Part shown: positions 14,241 through 27,714 of the stretch, piece after piece
Position numbering within the stretch: position 1 is the first letter of the stretch
How the letters are laid out: each line of letters starts with the position of its first letter
Assembly (NCBI GenBank): GCA_951406725.2
Contig: OX597815.1
Location: 148,428,001 to 148,492,000, forward strand
Source of the DNA: Octopus vulgaris
Taxonomy: Eukaryota
Length of the DNA: 64,000 bases
Direction: 5' to 3'
The notes under the pieces: generated by a model
The model's database searches: none
What the model was told of the DNA's origin: nothing
Seen by the model: only the letters and a program-made list of their open reading frames with translations
Made by a program: the position numbers and the translations under genes

Positions 14241-14843
14241 GCCGACTACGGCTGCTATAATGGTACGATTATAATTGTAACGGCAATGATGTCCGTCTCC
14301 CCACGAGCCAATCAAAGCTAAAAAATGATAACATTATCGTAGCACCAACATGTTTTTGGAAACTAAAAGGAAAACTAAATCAGTATACTAAATCGCTTGT
14401 CCTATGGTTAAACTGGAAGCGCGTCCCCCAGGGAAGAGCCAGCCTGGGATCGAAAAGTCATCAACTGGCACAAACTCTTCTCCGAATACAGACATGGATG
14501 GTCACTTGAACGGGAAATCCCCCAACTCGAGCCCTCCAAGTTCACCACCACAACCACCACAGAAAGAAAATTGTAAGCGGAACAAATGGACCCGAGAAGA
14601 GTATAAAGAAGTAATATACGCTTATTACTATACGTTAGGTAGGCCATCTCAAGAGAGACACACCGCAAACTCTTACAGTGCTCATGTATTTTAATTTAAC
14701 TTTAAAAAAAAAGAAAAAAAATGAACGAACTACTGAGTTTGGTTTAATGGCCTACCATTGTATACTATGAGTTTCTTAGCCCTAGGAGTCGAGAAGACAC
14801 TCGGCAAGAAATGGAAGCAAATTTGAAAGAAGAAAAAAAAAAG
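14241..14843 (+). mobile_element. Internally deleted Dong/R4-type element (5'UTR + N-terminus fused to C-terminal tip + 3'UTR)
   Basis: (TAA)n on both sides. ORF 14404..14694 has the KRNKWTREEYKEVIYAYY N-terminal motif and ends SAHVF, resembling GTAHVL/GTAHIL C-termini. The 3' part resembles the 3'UTR at 45116..45210 (minus). Confidence 0.65.
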
Positions 14844-14872
14844 TAATAATAATAATAATAATGATGATGATG

Positions 14873-14944
<72 letters not shown>

Positions 14945-14945
<1 letters not shown>

Positions 14946-16994
14946 ATATGGCTGTAAAGATCAACTAATGATTAATAAAGCCATAACTGAAGACAGCCAC
15001 AGAAAGAAGATATGCCTCAGTATGGCCTGGATCGACTACAAAAAGGCGTTTTATAGCATCCCCCACACATGGATCCTCGAAACACTGGCCATTAACAAAG
15101 TAGCACCAACAATTATAAAATGCATAGGGCACTCTATGAATAAATGGCAAACAGTTCTACAGCTCCAAACTAAAGAGGGACTCACGAAAACCAAAGCCAT
15201 CCCCATTAGAAGAGGAATATTCCATTGAGACACGCTACCTCCACTCCTTTTCTGCTTGGCACTGTCACCTCTATCTGATATGCTAAATAGAACTGGATGC
15301 GAATATAAATGTTACGGAAAAACGATCAGCCACCTTTTATATATGGATGACCTAAAACTATACGCTGCAAAGGACAAACAGCTGGAAACACTATTAAAGA
15401 CAGTTGATGGATTTACCAAAGAAATATATATGAAATTCGGATTAGAAAAATGCGCCAAAGTAACCATGAGAAGAGGAAAACTAGTTAAGAGTAGCAACAT
15501 CACACTAGATAAAAACAATGAAATAAAAGAATTAGACCAATGCCAAACTTACAAATACTTAGGAATCCATGAACTAGATAAGACACAACACACACAAATG
15601 AAAGAGAAAATTAAAAAAGAATATTATAGACGAGTTAGATCAATACTAAATACAGAGCTCAATGCTAAAAACAAGATAATAGGTATTAACACTTTAGCTG
15701 CCCCAGTTATAAGTTATAGCTACAATATCCTTAACTGGACACTAAATGAACTGACCAAAATAGATAGGAAAACAAGAAAAATAATGACAGGATCTAGGAT
15801 GCATCACCCAAAATCTAACATAGAAAGACTATATATACAACGTATAGAAGGTGGTAGAGGCCTTATACAGCTGGAAAACTACTATAAAAATAACCACCAT
15901 AGGACAGAAAAAATATCTACTTCAGAAGGAAGGAAAGCTGATACAAATATCGGCAAAACACGAGCAAAACAAAAAACTGTTCTCAGTATTTAAGGAAGCT
16001 GACAAATACAAACAAGAAATCATACCACCTAATAAATATGAAAAAGAAGAAGAAGAAGAAGATGAAGAAACAACAAAAACTATAAAACAAATGAAATCCA
16101 AACTAAAAATAGAACAGCAACGGACCATGATAAAACGATGGCAAGAAAAGCCCCTTTCATGGTAAATACTGGACTAAACTAAACGCAAAAGAAATAGACA
16201 AAGAAAAATCCCAGCAATGGTTGAGAAGCTCAGGACTCAAAGCAGAGACAGAGGGATTTTTAATTGCAGCACAAGACCAAAGCCTCCCCACCAGAAATTA
16301 CCAAAAGCATGTAATGAAGAGAAATATAACTAGTAACTGCAGAATATGTGGAGATGGACAAGAAACAATAAATCATATTATCTCTGGCTGCCCAGTCCAG
16401 GCTAAGAAGGAATATATTCACAGACATGACAGAGTTTGAACATACATACCCTGGAAGCTATGCCAACATTATGGAATAACAACAGAAAAAAGAAGGTATA
16501 GGCACACACCAGAAAAAGGCACAGAAAACGAGAAAGCAACCATACTCTTGGATATGCCGATACATACAGATAGAGAAATTAAGGCCGATATAGTTGTCAG
16601 GGATCATGAAGAAAAAATTGCTTTCTAATTCATGTATCAATACCGGCAGATGACAATGTTTCTCTAAAAGAAATGGAGAAACTTTCAACATACAAAGACC
16701 TGGAAATAGAGGTAACCAGAATGTGGAATCTAAAAACAGAAACAATTCCTATCATAGTTGGTGCATTAGGCATGATAAAAAAATATTCAGACAAATACAT
16801 AACAAAAACACCAGGACTTACAAACACATATAACATACAGAAAATTGCACTACTAGGCACTGCACACATCCTACACAGAACACTTTCCATACAATAACCA
16901 TCAGAGCATTACAACAAATCACAGTACATACCCAAGGCACACAGAGCTGCACTCGGTAGTGAAGTGAAAGCACACTATAAAAATAAAACTACAG
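14945..16994 (+). mobile_element. 5'-truncated Dong/R4-clade non-LTR retrotransposon (RT + CCHC + RLE endonuclease), disrupted
   Basis: YGCKDQL, WIDYKKAF, RRGIF, HLLYMDDLKL, YKYLG, CRICGDGQETINHIISGC, RHD, PDIVV, EKLSTYKDL, LLGTAHIL. It has a stop at ~15228 and later frameshifts, with (TAA)n on both flanks. Confidence 0.93.
15256..15993 (+). pseudogene. Reverse transcriptase fragment of the Dong/R4 element
   Basis: 245-aa ORF with YMDD catalytic motif, FGLEKC, YKYLG and GGRGL. Confidence 0.9.
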
Positions 16995-17026
<32 letters not shown>

Positions 17027-17175
17027 TAATAATAATAATAATAATGATAATAATAATAATAATAACGGTTTGTGAAACTCCGGACCATACTCTTCATAAA
17101 TCCTTTATTCCATTAAAATACTACAAAATTATCCTTTTTCTGTTCTGTTTTTGTCGTTTGTTTGTTTTTTTTGTT

Positions 17176-17245
<70 letters not shown>

Positions 17246-17997
17246 CTTTTTTCTTAGCGAATTCTTGTTGTTTTGATAGATTTGTTTCATTTTAAAATTC
17301 TAATTTCATTGATTTTCCAAGATCTTGCTAGTGGAGCGGTTATTATAACATAAAAAAAACTATATTCTCGGGATAATATTTGACGTTTTCGTATGAATGT
17401 AAGATTTCTTTCACGAGTAAATAAATATCTTTTCACACATTTTATTGTATTGTACTCCTATTGAAAATACTTTGTAAAAATTTTGTTTGATTTTTCGCTT
17501 TTCATTACTTAAAATGTACAACATTTCAATGCAGCAATTGTTCTGAAAATATATAAAAGATATATAGAGCAATTATTAGAGCTTACACGAAAATCAGGTT
17601 CAATATTAAACATTATACTTTCCTGCGTGATATGAACTGAATACAATTTTTCTTCCCTCAATAGCATTCTATAAGACGTTTAAAGGTTAACATTTACGTT
17701 CCTCCCTGTGCGTTTCAATATGCGCACATGAAACAGGAATAATAAAAATAAAAGAAGAAGGTATGACTGTGTATGTGCGCATGTAATAAAGTATTTTGGA
17801 ACATAATATAAATAAGTGACAGGTCGTATATTTCTATTCGTATGAATAAAATCTTACTTGGAATGATTTAGAATATCCAAACAGAAATATGTTTATACAC
17901 TCACACACACACACACACAAACAAACAAACAAACAAAAAAACACGCGCGTGCGCGCACAATCACACTCACTCACACACATATACAGAAGCGCATAAA

Positions 17998-18670
17998 TAC
18001 GAGGGATGATCAACAAGTATCCGGACTATTGTCATAGTATCGAATTTAAAAATATGCAGAGGGAAGCCGCTGTGTAAACCGTGACCTTGAACTTTGATGT
18101 GTATGCCCACTAAGTTTACACGTTCTACGGCATGCCCGATGCTTACAGCACTGCTTCAAAGGAGCATGTGTAGCGTGTGATCGTCCAATGACCATGAAAC
18201 AGCTAGTTGTCATGGCAACACCAGCTCAGAGGCCTACGCAAAATTTCAGAAAGTGTATGGAGAGGTGTGAATGAACCCCACACTAGTGTAAGAATAGTTC
18301 AGACATTTCCAAGATGGCCGAAAAAATGTCGATATTGACAAACGTTCTGGATGACCCACAACCAGCAGAGCTGAGAAAAAGATTGCAGATGTGCGCGCAG
18401 CGGTGAGGGGAAATTGTCGCATCACCATAAGTAAGTTATTAGTGGACGCGCAGATTATTTACGGTTCAGTTCAGTCCCTTATCACTGAAGATTTGAAATG
18501 CGTACCTCTCATGTTTGTACCAAAACTGCTTTCAGCTGACGAAAAAGACTCTCGGGTTTCAGTTGCACAAGGTCTGCTTGATTGTGCCGAGAACGATAGA
18601 AACATTTTAAAAACATTGTGTAGGCTTCTGAGCAGGTATCGTCAAGCTTTTAACAAAGATTCCCTGCTTA
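17998..18670 (+). mobile_element. Degenerate mariner (5' half)
   Basis: tacgagggatgatcaacaagtatccggact TIR-like end. ORF 18391..18765 contains RITISKL...FVPKLLSADEKDSRVSVAQ. The right end is unclear. Confidence 0.75.
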
Positions 18671-20176
18671 AATTTTCTCTGTCATGGTCAATGCGACATC
18701 GGTCGTTTGTCTTGACTATTTGCATCTGTATCTACATCTATCTCTCTCTAATATCATATACTTGAATGCATGTAGCAGAACTAAAGCTAGAATATTCCTT
18801 ACGTAGGATTTATTTTGGGAAAAGTATTACGAATTACGAAAAGATAGAAATCATTACATATATTTTAGAAATATATTTGTATACTAATGCAATATTCAAT
18901 CCCCTCTATTCCGAAGGTTATGTTTACGATCGTTACGGTTATTACCTCATCACAGCGACCTTCAATATATCTAATATTTCTGATATAATCGAATTTTTTC
19001 AATCCCCCACCCCCAAAGGAGAGAATGAAAAGTAGTAAGACATTGCCTTATAATTGGTGTTGTCTAATTCAATAGCTTCAATAGCTGCTAGATACATGTA
19101 GTGCACTGGTTAGAATACGTATGGTAATACATTTTGTAAGAATTTATGTCTAAGAAACATACAATTTAATTTTCTTTAAATCCTGCAGCGCATTTGGCCA
19201 CTCAATGGAATTGGTTTAATTGAAATTTATCAGCGCACACAGAAATATATTACAAGATTCAAAGCAAATCGAAAAGTAATTATTTACGTTGAGACAAATG
19301 TTGCATTGATAATATAAGTAAAAAGTAAATAAGTTAAAGAAAATGACATACGGAATCGGTAAAATACTTTATAAAGCTTCCATTAGAATTTCAAATTTGT
19401 CTGCAGAATATTTTTTCAGAATCAGTAGATTGTACTATCCAATAGGCTATGATTATGTTAGAGATGGTTTCAAGAGTGAGGATTAATTTACATTTATATG
19501 TTAATTAAAGATCAATAACATTAAACTCAATTGATTTATTAACTTGGAATAATTACTTACCTTCTCATTTATTTAATTGTTTTTTTTTTACTGTCTAAAT
19601 TGTTTTCGAAATGAGCTTAGTCCGCCTTTACCAAGAGAACAAACAAAATATTGTTATCAAGATTTTTAAAAATGTTATAAAAAACAGGAAGTATATATAT
19701 AAAAGAGTAAATGTCGTAATGTAAAACTTGTTTTCACTTGAAATTAATTGAATTCAAGACTGCTTTAGTAATTTGAATCTTAGCTTGTCTAATTGCATCA
19801 GAGTTTAAACGGAAAGAAAATATTCGAATAAAAACAAAATTCTTGGAAAATATAAACGCGCGATTGAGAATACATTTTCTGTTATTGTTTACTAACTGTA
19901 TTTTTTTATCGCTGTTACGTGATATTTTATAAGACACTGTTCTAAATGTATTTACACAGTTACATCACTGTCATATATATCACACTGATATACAACACAT
20001 GTTGTTTGATAAGTACTCAGACATACGTTCGTAGCAAAGCTATTGTCGATGGCACTGACCAATTTGCAAATGTTTTCGTATATTATTTACGAATTGTCTG
20101 ATTAAAATATCTATTATGCGACTAACTCGGGCTTGTTTATCATTTAAATAACGTTACCCCACTTCCTTGCTGTCTA

Positions 20177-20715
20177 TTGGGCTGTCCGGAAAGTTCGTGC
20201 CGATTTATAGCAGCTGAACTTTCGACTTATTTTAGGACATAGTTGAGTCCATAAAATAGGATTTGACTACACCTCCATTTTGAGCATAGTTTAAGCTATC
20301 TTTACGTGGAAGAAGGTTTATGTTCCTATAACATGTGTTAATGCTGTAACCTTTTAAAATGAAAGATAAGAAAGTTCATTTTCGGCACTTGATGCTTTGG
20401 GAACCAGACAAACATTGTTGTAGCTCGGCTGGAATGGTTTATCCCACCGTCCATATTCACCACAAATTGGTCCTTCGGATTTCCAGTTATTCTGGTCTCT
20501 GCAGAATAGTCTTAATGGTGAAAATTTCAATTCCTTGGATGACGTAAAGATACCTTGATGAATTCTTTGCCATGAAACCATCTCAATTTTTGAAGTTAAA
20601 AGAAAGTTGGAGACATATTGTGCAACAAAATGGTTCATATTTGGTTGATTAAAAATGCAATTATTGACCTTTTTCTTTCGTTTAAAAATCGGCTCGAACT
20701 TTCCGGACAACCCAA
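20177..20715 (+). mobile_element. Internally deleted mariner (MITE-sized) with 30-bp TIRs and TA TSD
   Basis: TA-ttgggctgtccggaaagttcgtgccgattt ... aaatcggctcgaactttccggacaacccaa-TA. Remnants MKDKKVHFRHLML and PYSPQIGPSDFQLFWSLQNSLNG. Confidence 0.9.
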
Positions 20716-21089
20716 TATTATCACAAAACATAGGTCTTGTCCGACTAGTACCCTATAAGAGACTAGTTACTTTTTGTGTTACCTGCTACATAGACAAGAC
20801 AAGATGCGTTGCTGCAGATACAAAAGAGATGCATGCGATCCATTTATTTTGTTCAGCCGTTTAGATATACAAGGAAATGTCTATGTGCAAGGTTTTCCAA
20901 CCTTGCCAAACGTATTTAACGCATTTTGCAAATAGCTATTTGATTCAATGACAGATTCAGGTTCATTTAGAGAAATAAAATTGTAACTAATTACCAATAC
21001 ACGCACACACACAAACACAGTCACATGTGTGTTTGTGTATCTGTTCACGTGTGTGTATACACATACAGAAAGGCACGCACACACTCACA

Positions 21090-21130
<41 letters not shown>

Positions 21131-21477
21131 ACACACGCGCACGCACAAGAAGTTATTTTCGCTGTTCTCGCCTGCCAGATTAAACGTCTACAGGGACAGT
21201 GGGAGATTGATTATCGGACTCGTGTGAACTTATTAAATCCAGATTTGACTGACATGTTATTGGAGCTCTAATAGTAATTAAGGCACTTCTTCTTCTTAAA
21301 TTACTATATATCCATAAGCATTGATTAAAATCATTTAATCTCTCAGATTAATTCATACTGTACAGTAAACCACCGTAGTTAACAAAGTATATATGTTATC
21401 TGGAAAATATTTACTACATTAGGATTTAACTCATCTGTTGAAAATGGAATTTCTGAAATATTAATGAAGTTACAATT

Positions 21478-21913
21478 CTTTTATTCTTTTATTCTTTTAC
21501 TTGTTACAGTCACTTGACTGCGGCCATGTTGGGGCATTGCCTTTAGTCGAGCAAATCGCCCCCAGGAGTTATTGTTTGTTAGCCTAGTACTTATTCAAAC
21601 GGTCTATTTTGCCGAACCGCTAAGTTACGGGGACGGAAACAGACCGGCATCGGTTGTCAAGCGAAGTTGGGCGGGACAAACACACACAAAAATACACACA
21701 CACACAAACACACACACACACACACACACACGCACGCATATATATATTAACGACGGACTTCTTTCCGTCTCCATCTACCAAATCAACTCACAAGGCATTG
21801 GTCGGCCCGAAGCTACAGTAGAAGGCACTTACCCAAGGTTCCACGCAGTAGGACTGAATCCGCAACCATGTGATTGGTAAGCAAGCTACGTCCCACATAG
21901 CCACTCCAGCGCA
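21478..21913 (-). mobile_element. tRNA-derived SINE (same family as 2268..2659)
   Basis: Reverse complement matches the head gcgctggagtggctatgtgg and the tail ccgcagtcaagtgactg...gtaaaagaataaaag. Confidence 0.8.
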
Positions 21914-22837
21914 TATATGAGGAATAAGTAAAAGAAAAAGGAAGACACTGAACAGCATACCTGAATATATGCTAGTATTTGTTTCATATATCTACAAAAT
22001 GAATCATTGAAGATTTGCTGCGAAGAAGTGGCATGAGAAGCATCCAAAATACGAAAATTTTGTGTCTATGTAGAACAGTATTTCAAAATAAATAGGCCCC
22101 AAATTTACGACAAATATGATCCGAATGTACTTCAAGACATATCATTTCGTCTGATTATTCAACTTTTCGATACCATATCACGGAATCCAATATGAATTGT
22201 ATAACGCAACGAAGCCTTTGAAAGTAAATTTACATTATTTTACTGGACACGTGGCAACACATAACAACCAACAATTTCCTACGCATAAATTAGTTACTAG
22301 CACCTCATTTATAAATGTACGATCTCAGATAATCGATAAATTTCATATCTGCGAGTGATCTACCATAGATTACTTTCATAATAAAAAAGAATCCATAAAT
22401 CGATAACATATTATAAAAACGGTGATCGACTATCGAACTTCATAACAATCCGGACACTTTCCTCAATTCAAAACCGTATAGCAACAAAATTCGCTTTTCA
22501 ATGCGGTAATTCATTTAAATCTAGAGCTTCGTGTAGATGTGCACGTTTTTGTTTGTGTATATGAATTTATTGACCACATATTTGGAAGATCATTGAATGG
22601 TTGGTACATTGAAGCATTATATATCGAAGTGGTTATAAGGAAAAATTATACGTAATAACGCATAATCCACGCAATTGTCTTACCGAATGCACGAATTACA
22701 CATCGTATAAACTAGCATTGAGAATACACACACACACACATGGAAATAATTGAATAAATTCTTCTGATAGTGTATTTAATCTTATTGTATATACTGCAAG
22801 AAATATTGCTATATTCGTGCATGTAGAGAAATAAACT

Positions 22838-22998
22838 TATAATTTTGGTTTTAAACTTTGGGACAAGGTCAGCAGGGTCAGGGAATGAGGAAGTCGATTA
22901 TATCGGCCCTGGTCTTCAGCTGGTACACATTTCATCGACCCCTGAAAGGCAAAGTCGACCGCGGTGGAATTAGTGTGTAAAGACGGACAAAATGCCGT
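22838..22998 (-). mobile_element. Short SINE fragment (ggcggcgagctggcagaa family)
   Basis: Shares gtcgacc/ggcaaag/tcgacccc blocks with the copies at 43113..43332 and 43890..44255. Confidence 0.65.
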
Positions 22999-22999
22999 G

Positions 23000-23433
23000 G
23001 AAGGAGAAGAGAGGAATAGGGGACAGCGGGATTGTAGTTTTAGAAAAAAATCCAAGGACAGAGGGACAGGTGAAGGACAAATGAACGAGTGGGAAATAGT
23101 GGAAGTTAAAGAAAGAGAGGGCCAAGAAATGTGAGAGAGAAAGGAAGAAAAATGAGAGGGGGAATAAAAGATAAAGTAAGAATCAGTTAAAATTTAGATA
23201 AGCACAATTGTCTACGTACGCCGGTATATACTTATATATAAATGGAAGAAAAACGCAATAGAGAGTGTTAAAACCTTCGGACAGATAGACGACACAAAGG
23301 CGGACAAGAGAAACAAAAATTAGAAGGACAGGCAAAAAGAGTAAAAGAAAAAGACGGGTGATTCTTGGCTTTCTTTGGCTTTCATTTCGGACAATTACAC
23401 TTCACTTGAGATGGTTAGTTCTGGTTGTCCCCA

Positions 23434-23435
<2 letters not shown>
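23000..23435 (-). mobile_element. Diverged relative of the 872..1702 direct-repeat element
   Basis: The minus strand shows the same order: ttgggg...ctcaag...ccgaaat, tttgtgtcgtc, TA tract, cggcgtacgta, tctaaa, CT-rich tract. Confidence 0.4.
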
Positions 23436-23468
<33 letters not shown>

Positions 23469-23553
23469 TGTATGTATGTATGTATGTATTTATGTATGTA
23501 TGTATGTTTGTATGTATGTGTGTATACATGTGCATGTGTCTGCATGTGTATGC

Positions 23554-23598
<45 letters not shown>

Positions 23599-23629
23599 TA
23601 TATACATGCACACACACACACACACACAC

Positions 23630-23670
<41 letters not shown>

Positions 23671-23673
<3 letters not shown>

Positions 23674-23882
23674 TGTAGCCCAAAAGTACGTTTACAGTTA
23701 TTCCACTGTCTTCGCATTCATATATTAAGAGTTTACATCTTAATTATAAAAAAAGCAAGAAGGCCTTATTGTATGCCAATTTAGTTAACTGTAAAATAGT
23801 AATTTAAATCTACTAAAATGTTTTTAAAGTAAATTACAGTGCCTACGTTATAACTGTGAACCTACTTTTGGGCCACCCTTTG
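23671..23882. mobile_element. Tc1/mariner-like MITE (~210 bp)
   Basis: Imperfect TIRs cactgtagcccaaaagtacgtttacagtt / aactgtgaacctacttttgggccaccctttg, with TA flanks. Confidence 0.75.
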
Positions 23883-23952
23883 TATGTGTATGTATACACA
23901 TGTATATATATAAATATATATATATATAGATGCATATATATATTCTTTATCT

Positions 23953-24002
<50 letters not shown>

Positions 24003-24189
24003 ATGTTTATAAATATATATTTCTTTGTTTGTGTGTGTGTGTGTGTGTGAGCAGTGGTCCAGCACGCCCACCCGCATTTTTGAAACGAGCAAAAAATAAA
24101 CTAATATATGTCTGCGTATGTGTGTGTGTTCTAGCACTACACCACGTCGTTGTCCGCAAATTATGTCGTATAGCAACATTGATTATATA

Positions 24190-24199
<10 letters not shown>

Positions 24200-24220
<21 letters not shown>

Positions 24221-25310
24221 TCCTGGATTTTCCTGTTTAGGCGGAATGTACGCCAACACAAAATCCACTCCGGGTTTACCCGTGTCGTTGATAGTAATAA
24301 CTCCACGACCAGTTGGTATTGCAGTACATCTCGCTGATAAGGAATAATTGATTTGATTTTGTAACAATCGCTGAACCAGTGTGCGCGCCGACCAATGCAG
24401 GACACGCACAGTGGGTGCACTCATGTGTTTACGTGACCTTAATTTTCCCTCCCATATATGCGTGGTGTTGCTAGTGTCTTCATTGAAGTTGTCAGGTCAT
24501 ACATTTGTTTTGCACCCCCTTCGTTATAGTACACGCTCAGTCACTGTAAAAAAATAGGGATATTGTAGCAAAATCCGTACGAACTGTGCGGCTTATGGAA
24601 TGAATGATAGGCATGAATATACTCTAATAACGGTTTTAGTCATTGCTTCACTTCTTTACCATACGTGAACGAATATAGGCTCTAGCTGTTCTTCGTCCTA
24701 TGGGAAATTTTATTGAATTTAAACCTGAAAACTATTCTTTCGCATTCCTGAGACGTTTGCTACGAAGAAAATTTACATGGACAAATTGGCTTCCGTGGTA
24801 ATGCCAGAAGCGATAACAATTATGCCAGAAACACGATTCACTAGACAATTTACTCTTGAAACAATAGGCCTTTGTGCCAAGAAATTGTATCACAATACTT
24901 GAAAGGCATTGTTTAATCAGGGAATGTTGAAGCCATTCACATTGGCAGTTTAGTTGTGGTACAAAGGCTATTATTGTTAGAGAATGTTCCATTAATTGTT
25001 CCATAAAGGCATGTCTTTTGACCATTTTCCGTTGACAAATAGGGTTTTATGCATCACAAAAGCTCTCCTAATACTCCCTGTAGATTGCAGCATTGTCGAC
25101 ACCGAAAACATTGAAATTGGCAACGTAGATTGGAAGCATATCAAAACATTACCCTCAAAATGACCTCCAACTTGTACGATATGGTCTAGTTTAGAGGTTA
25201 TTTTTGTGCGAAATGCATATTGCATTTCGTGGCCGAAGAATAAGTGAAGCTTTTCATACCTCATACGTCAAAATCGACAATTCAGATTTCGAATCCATAA
25301 GAAAAATACG
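24200..25310 (-). mobile_element. Possible decayed DNA transposon (Merlin/IS1016-like is a guess)
   Basis: Complex sequence between TA tracts with broken ORFs 24732..25025 and 24992..25264. Only weak motif resemblance (DHIVQV, CEW). Confidence 0.25.
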
Positions 25311-25326
25311 CAACAGACACACATGG

Positions 25327-25712
<386 letters not shown>

Positions 25713-27714
25713 ATGCGTCTTTACATTTTTTGTATATATGTGTGTATGAGTGTATACATGTAAGTAAGCTTGCTCCCCCACTCTCACCTATCCACAGCCC
25801 AACACCATCATACACACCACACCACACACCACTACACTATCACGCCATACAACTCCACACAACACACCACCATACCACATCACACCACCCCGCACACACT
25901 AGCACTGATCACTTCCCAGAATGTACACCATCATCCTCACACCTACACACATCAACGTCACCAGACCCCTTCTACACGTACATACTCGCTCTCACATACA
26001 CCCGCACGCGTACCTTCATTTTTGGATCATTAATATTTTGTTATCTCCCCTCATTCCTAGCTCTCGTGTGTGACCCCTCTATGCATGTATGTATACGTAT
26101 GCACACAGACAAATTTATATAGACATAGGTGTATTTCTATGTGCATAGACAAAAAATGCAGATACGCTGATTATTTTGTAAAGTCGGCAAAAACAGAATA
26201 AACTAATTTTGAAGGACTTGCGTTTCAAATAGGCTACATCTGGGGAGGAGCATTAACGCTAGTAGAGTGTCGATTTGGCAACAATTCGTTTTCATTGTAG
26301 AATTGTTTGGGCAATTCTAAGTTATGAATATTTAAGAGACAAATGTGTACATAAATATAATGACTTATTTTATTGATATTTATGCAATAATAAAAGGATT
26401 ACTTAAGCGTAAAATATTTTGGAAAAATCAACAAGGAAATCAAATCAAATAACGTATGTACGAATGTTTAATTTCCTACTAACGAAAACCTTATATATTT
26501 ATAGCTATGAAAATGTAGTTAGAATACTCCCGTTTATTATGGATTGATGAATTTGCCAAAATGTATAAAATTATATGTAAATATACATTACATGTGGATG
26601 CGAAGTTTTGGAATCGCCTCAGTAAAAACACGGGTCCGTTTGTAAAATATTATATTGGAACATATCCCACCACATTCTTTACAATGACCAATATCATCAA
26701 GACACTTGTGAATGTCACTATTTTCATCAGCCACAATATCGAGAATTCCGTAGTCATTATCGCGTAAATTATCTCCGTAATCACCTTATTCAGCTGCTTT
26801 TAAATCATTATGAGTACCACATAATAATCCTGTTTATAATTGCCTTCCTTCACATTATTATAGTCTGTATTTTCTTTGCTGTTATAATCAATTTTTATTA
26901 TCTCATCAGAATCTTATTTCATATTACCATCATCATCAGTAGCAACACTATGTAACATTGTCCAGTGAGCTGTTTTGCCCTTATCGTCAGATTCGTTAAG
27001 ATTAAAACATACAGAACATATTTATATACGAATATGCAGACATATTTTCTATGGCCTGATAATACAAACCATATTCATATATGCAGATTAAATTAAAATA
27101 TATCGACTTCTCAGACACTGTACATCATGATGCATTATAAGCTTCAATATAACTCTGGTCATTCTACTTTTATTGTAAACATTTTCATACGTGCCACCAC
27201 CTATATATAAGTGTATATATATATATTACATAGCAGATTTTGACTCATTTCTATATATGAAATTATGTTAGTTTTACTATCCGCATTCCAAATATTTCAC
27301 ATCAATATCTGTTATTTATCATCTTATCTATTTCAACTCGTGGTTTTGATATGTAAATGTCGGTAGAAAGCATAAAATAAGTTATCTAGTGAAATTATGA
27401 AGAATGTTCAGCTGAACTAGAATTAGCTGACTGTACTCTTTGGGTTTCGGATACCAGTTACTGCATGTACGCTCACATTGAGTACCGGAGAGATGGTGAG
27501 GAACTGGGCGAGAATGATTGCAGAGAGAATAAAGTTCATAGAGAACAGTCAAAGAACAAAGATCGCCACGTTGATTGTTGAAGTATCGGTTTTGGGAAAT
27601 GTGACTTGATTCAAGTCAATGTTTTGCATCACGATAGAAGTGCGACGATAAAGTGTCGTTGAATGCAGAAGCAAAATAGAACTGCAAAATTGAAGTAAGC
27701 GTATAAAATTCCAT

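Noticed and set aside
21178-21271. Protein-like tail [30 protein letters not shown] after a ccag
   Set aside because: Weak acceptor, no recognisable homology, and the ORF begins in a CA repeat.
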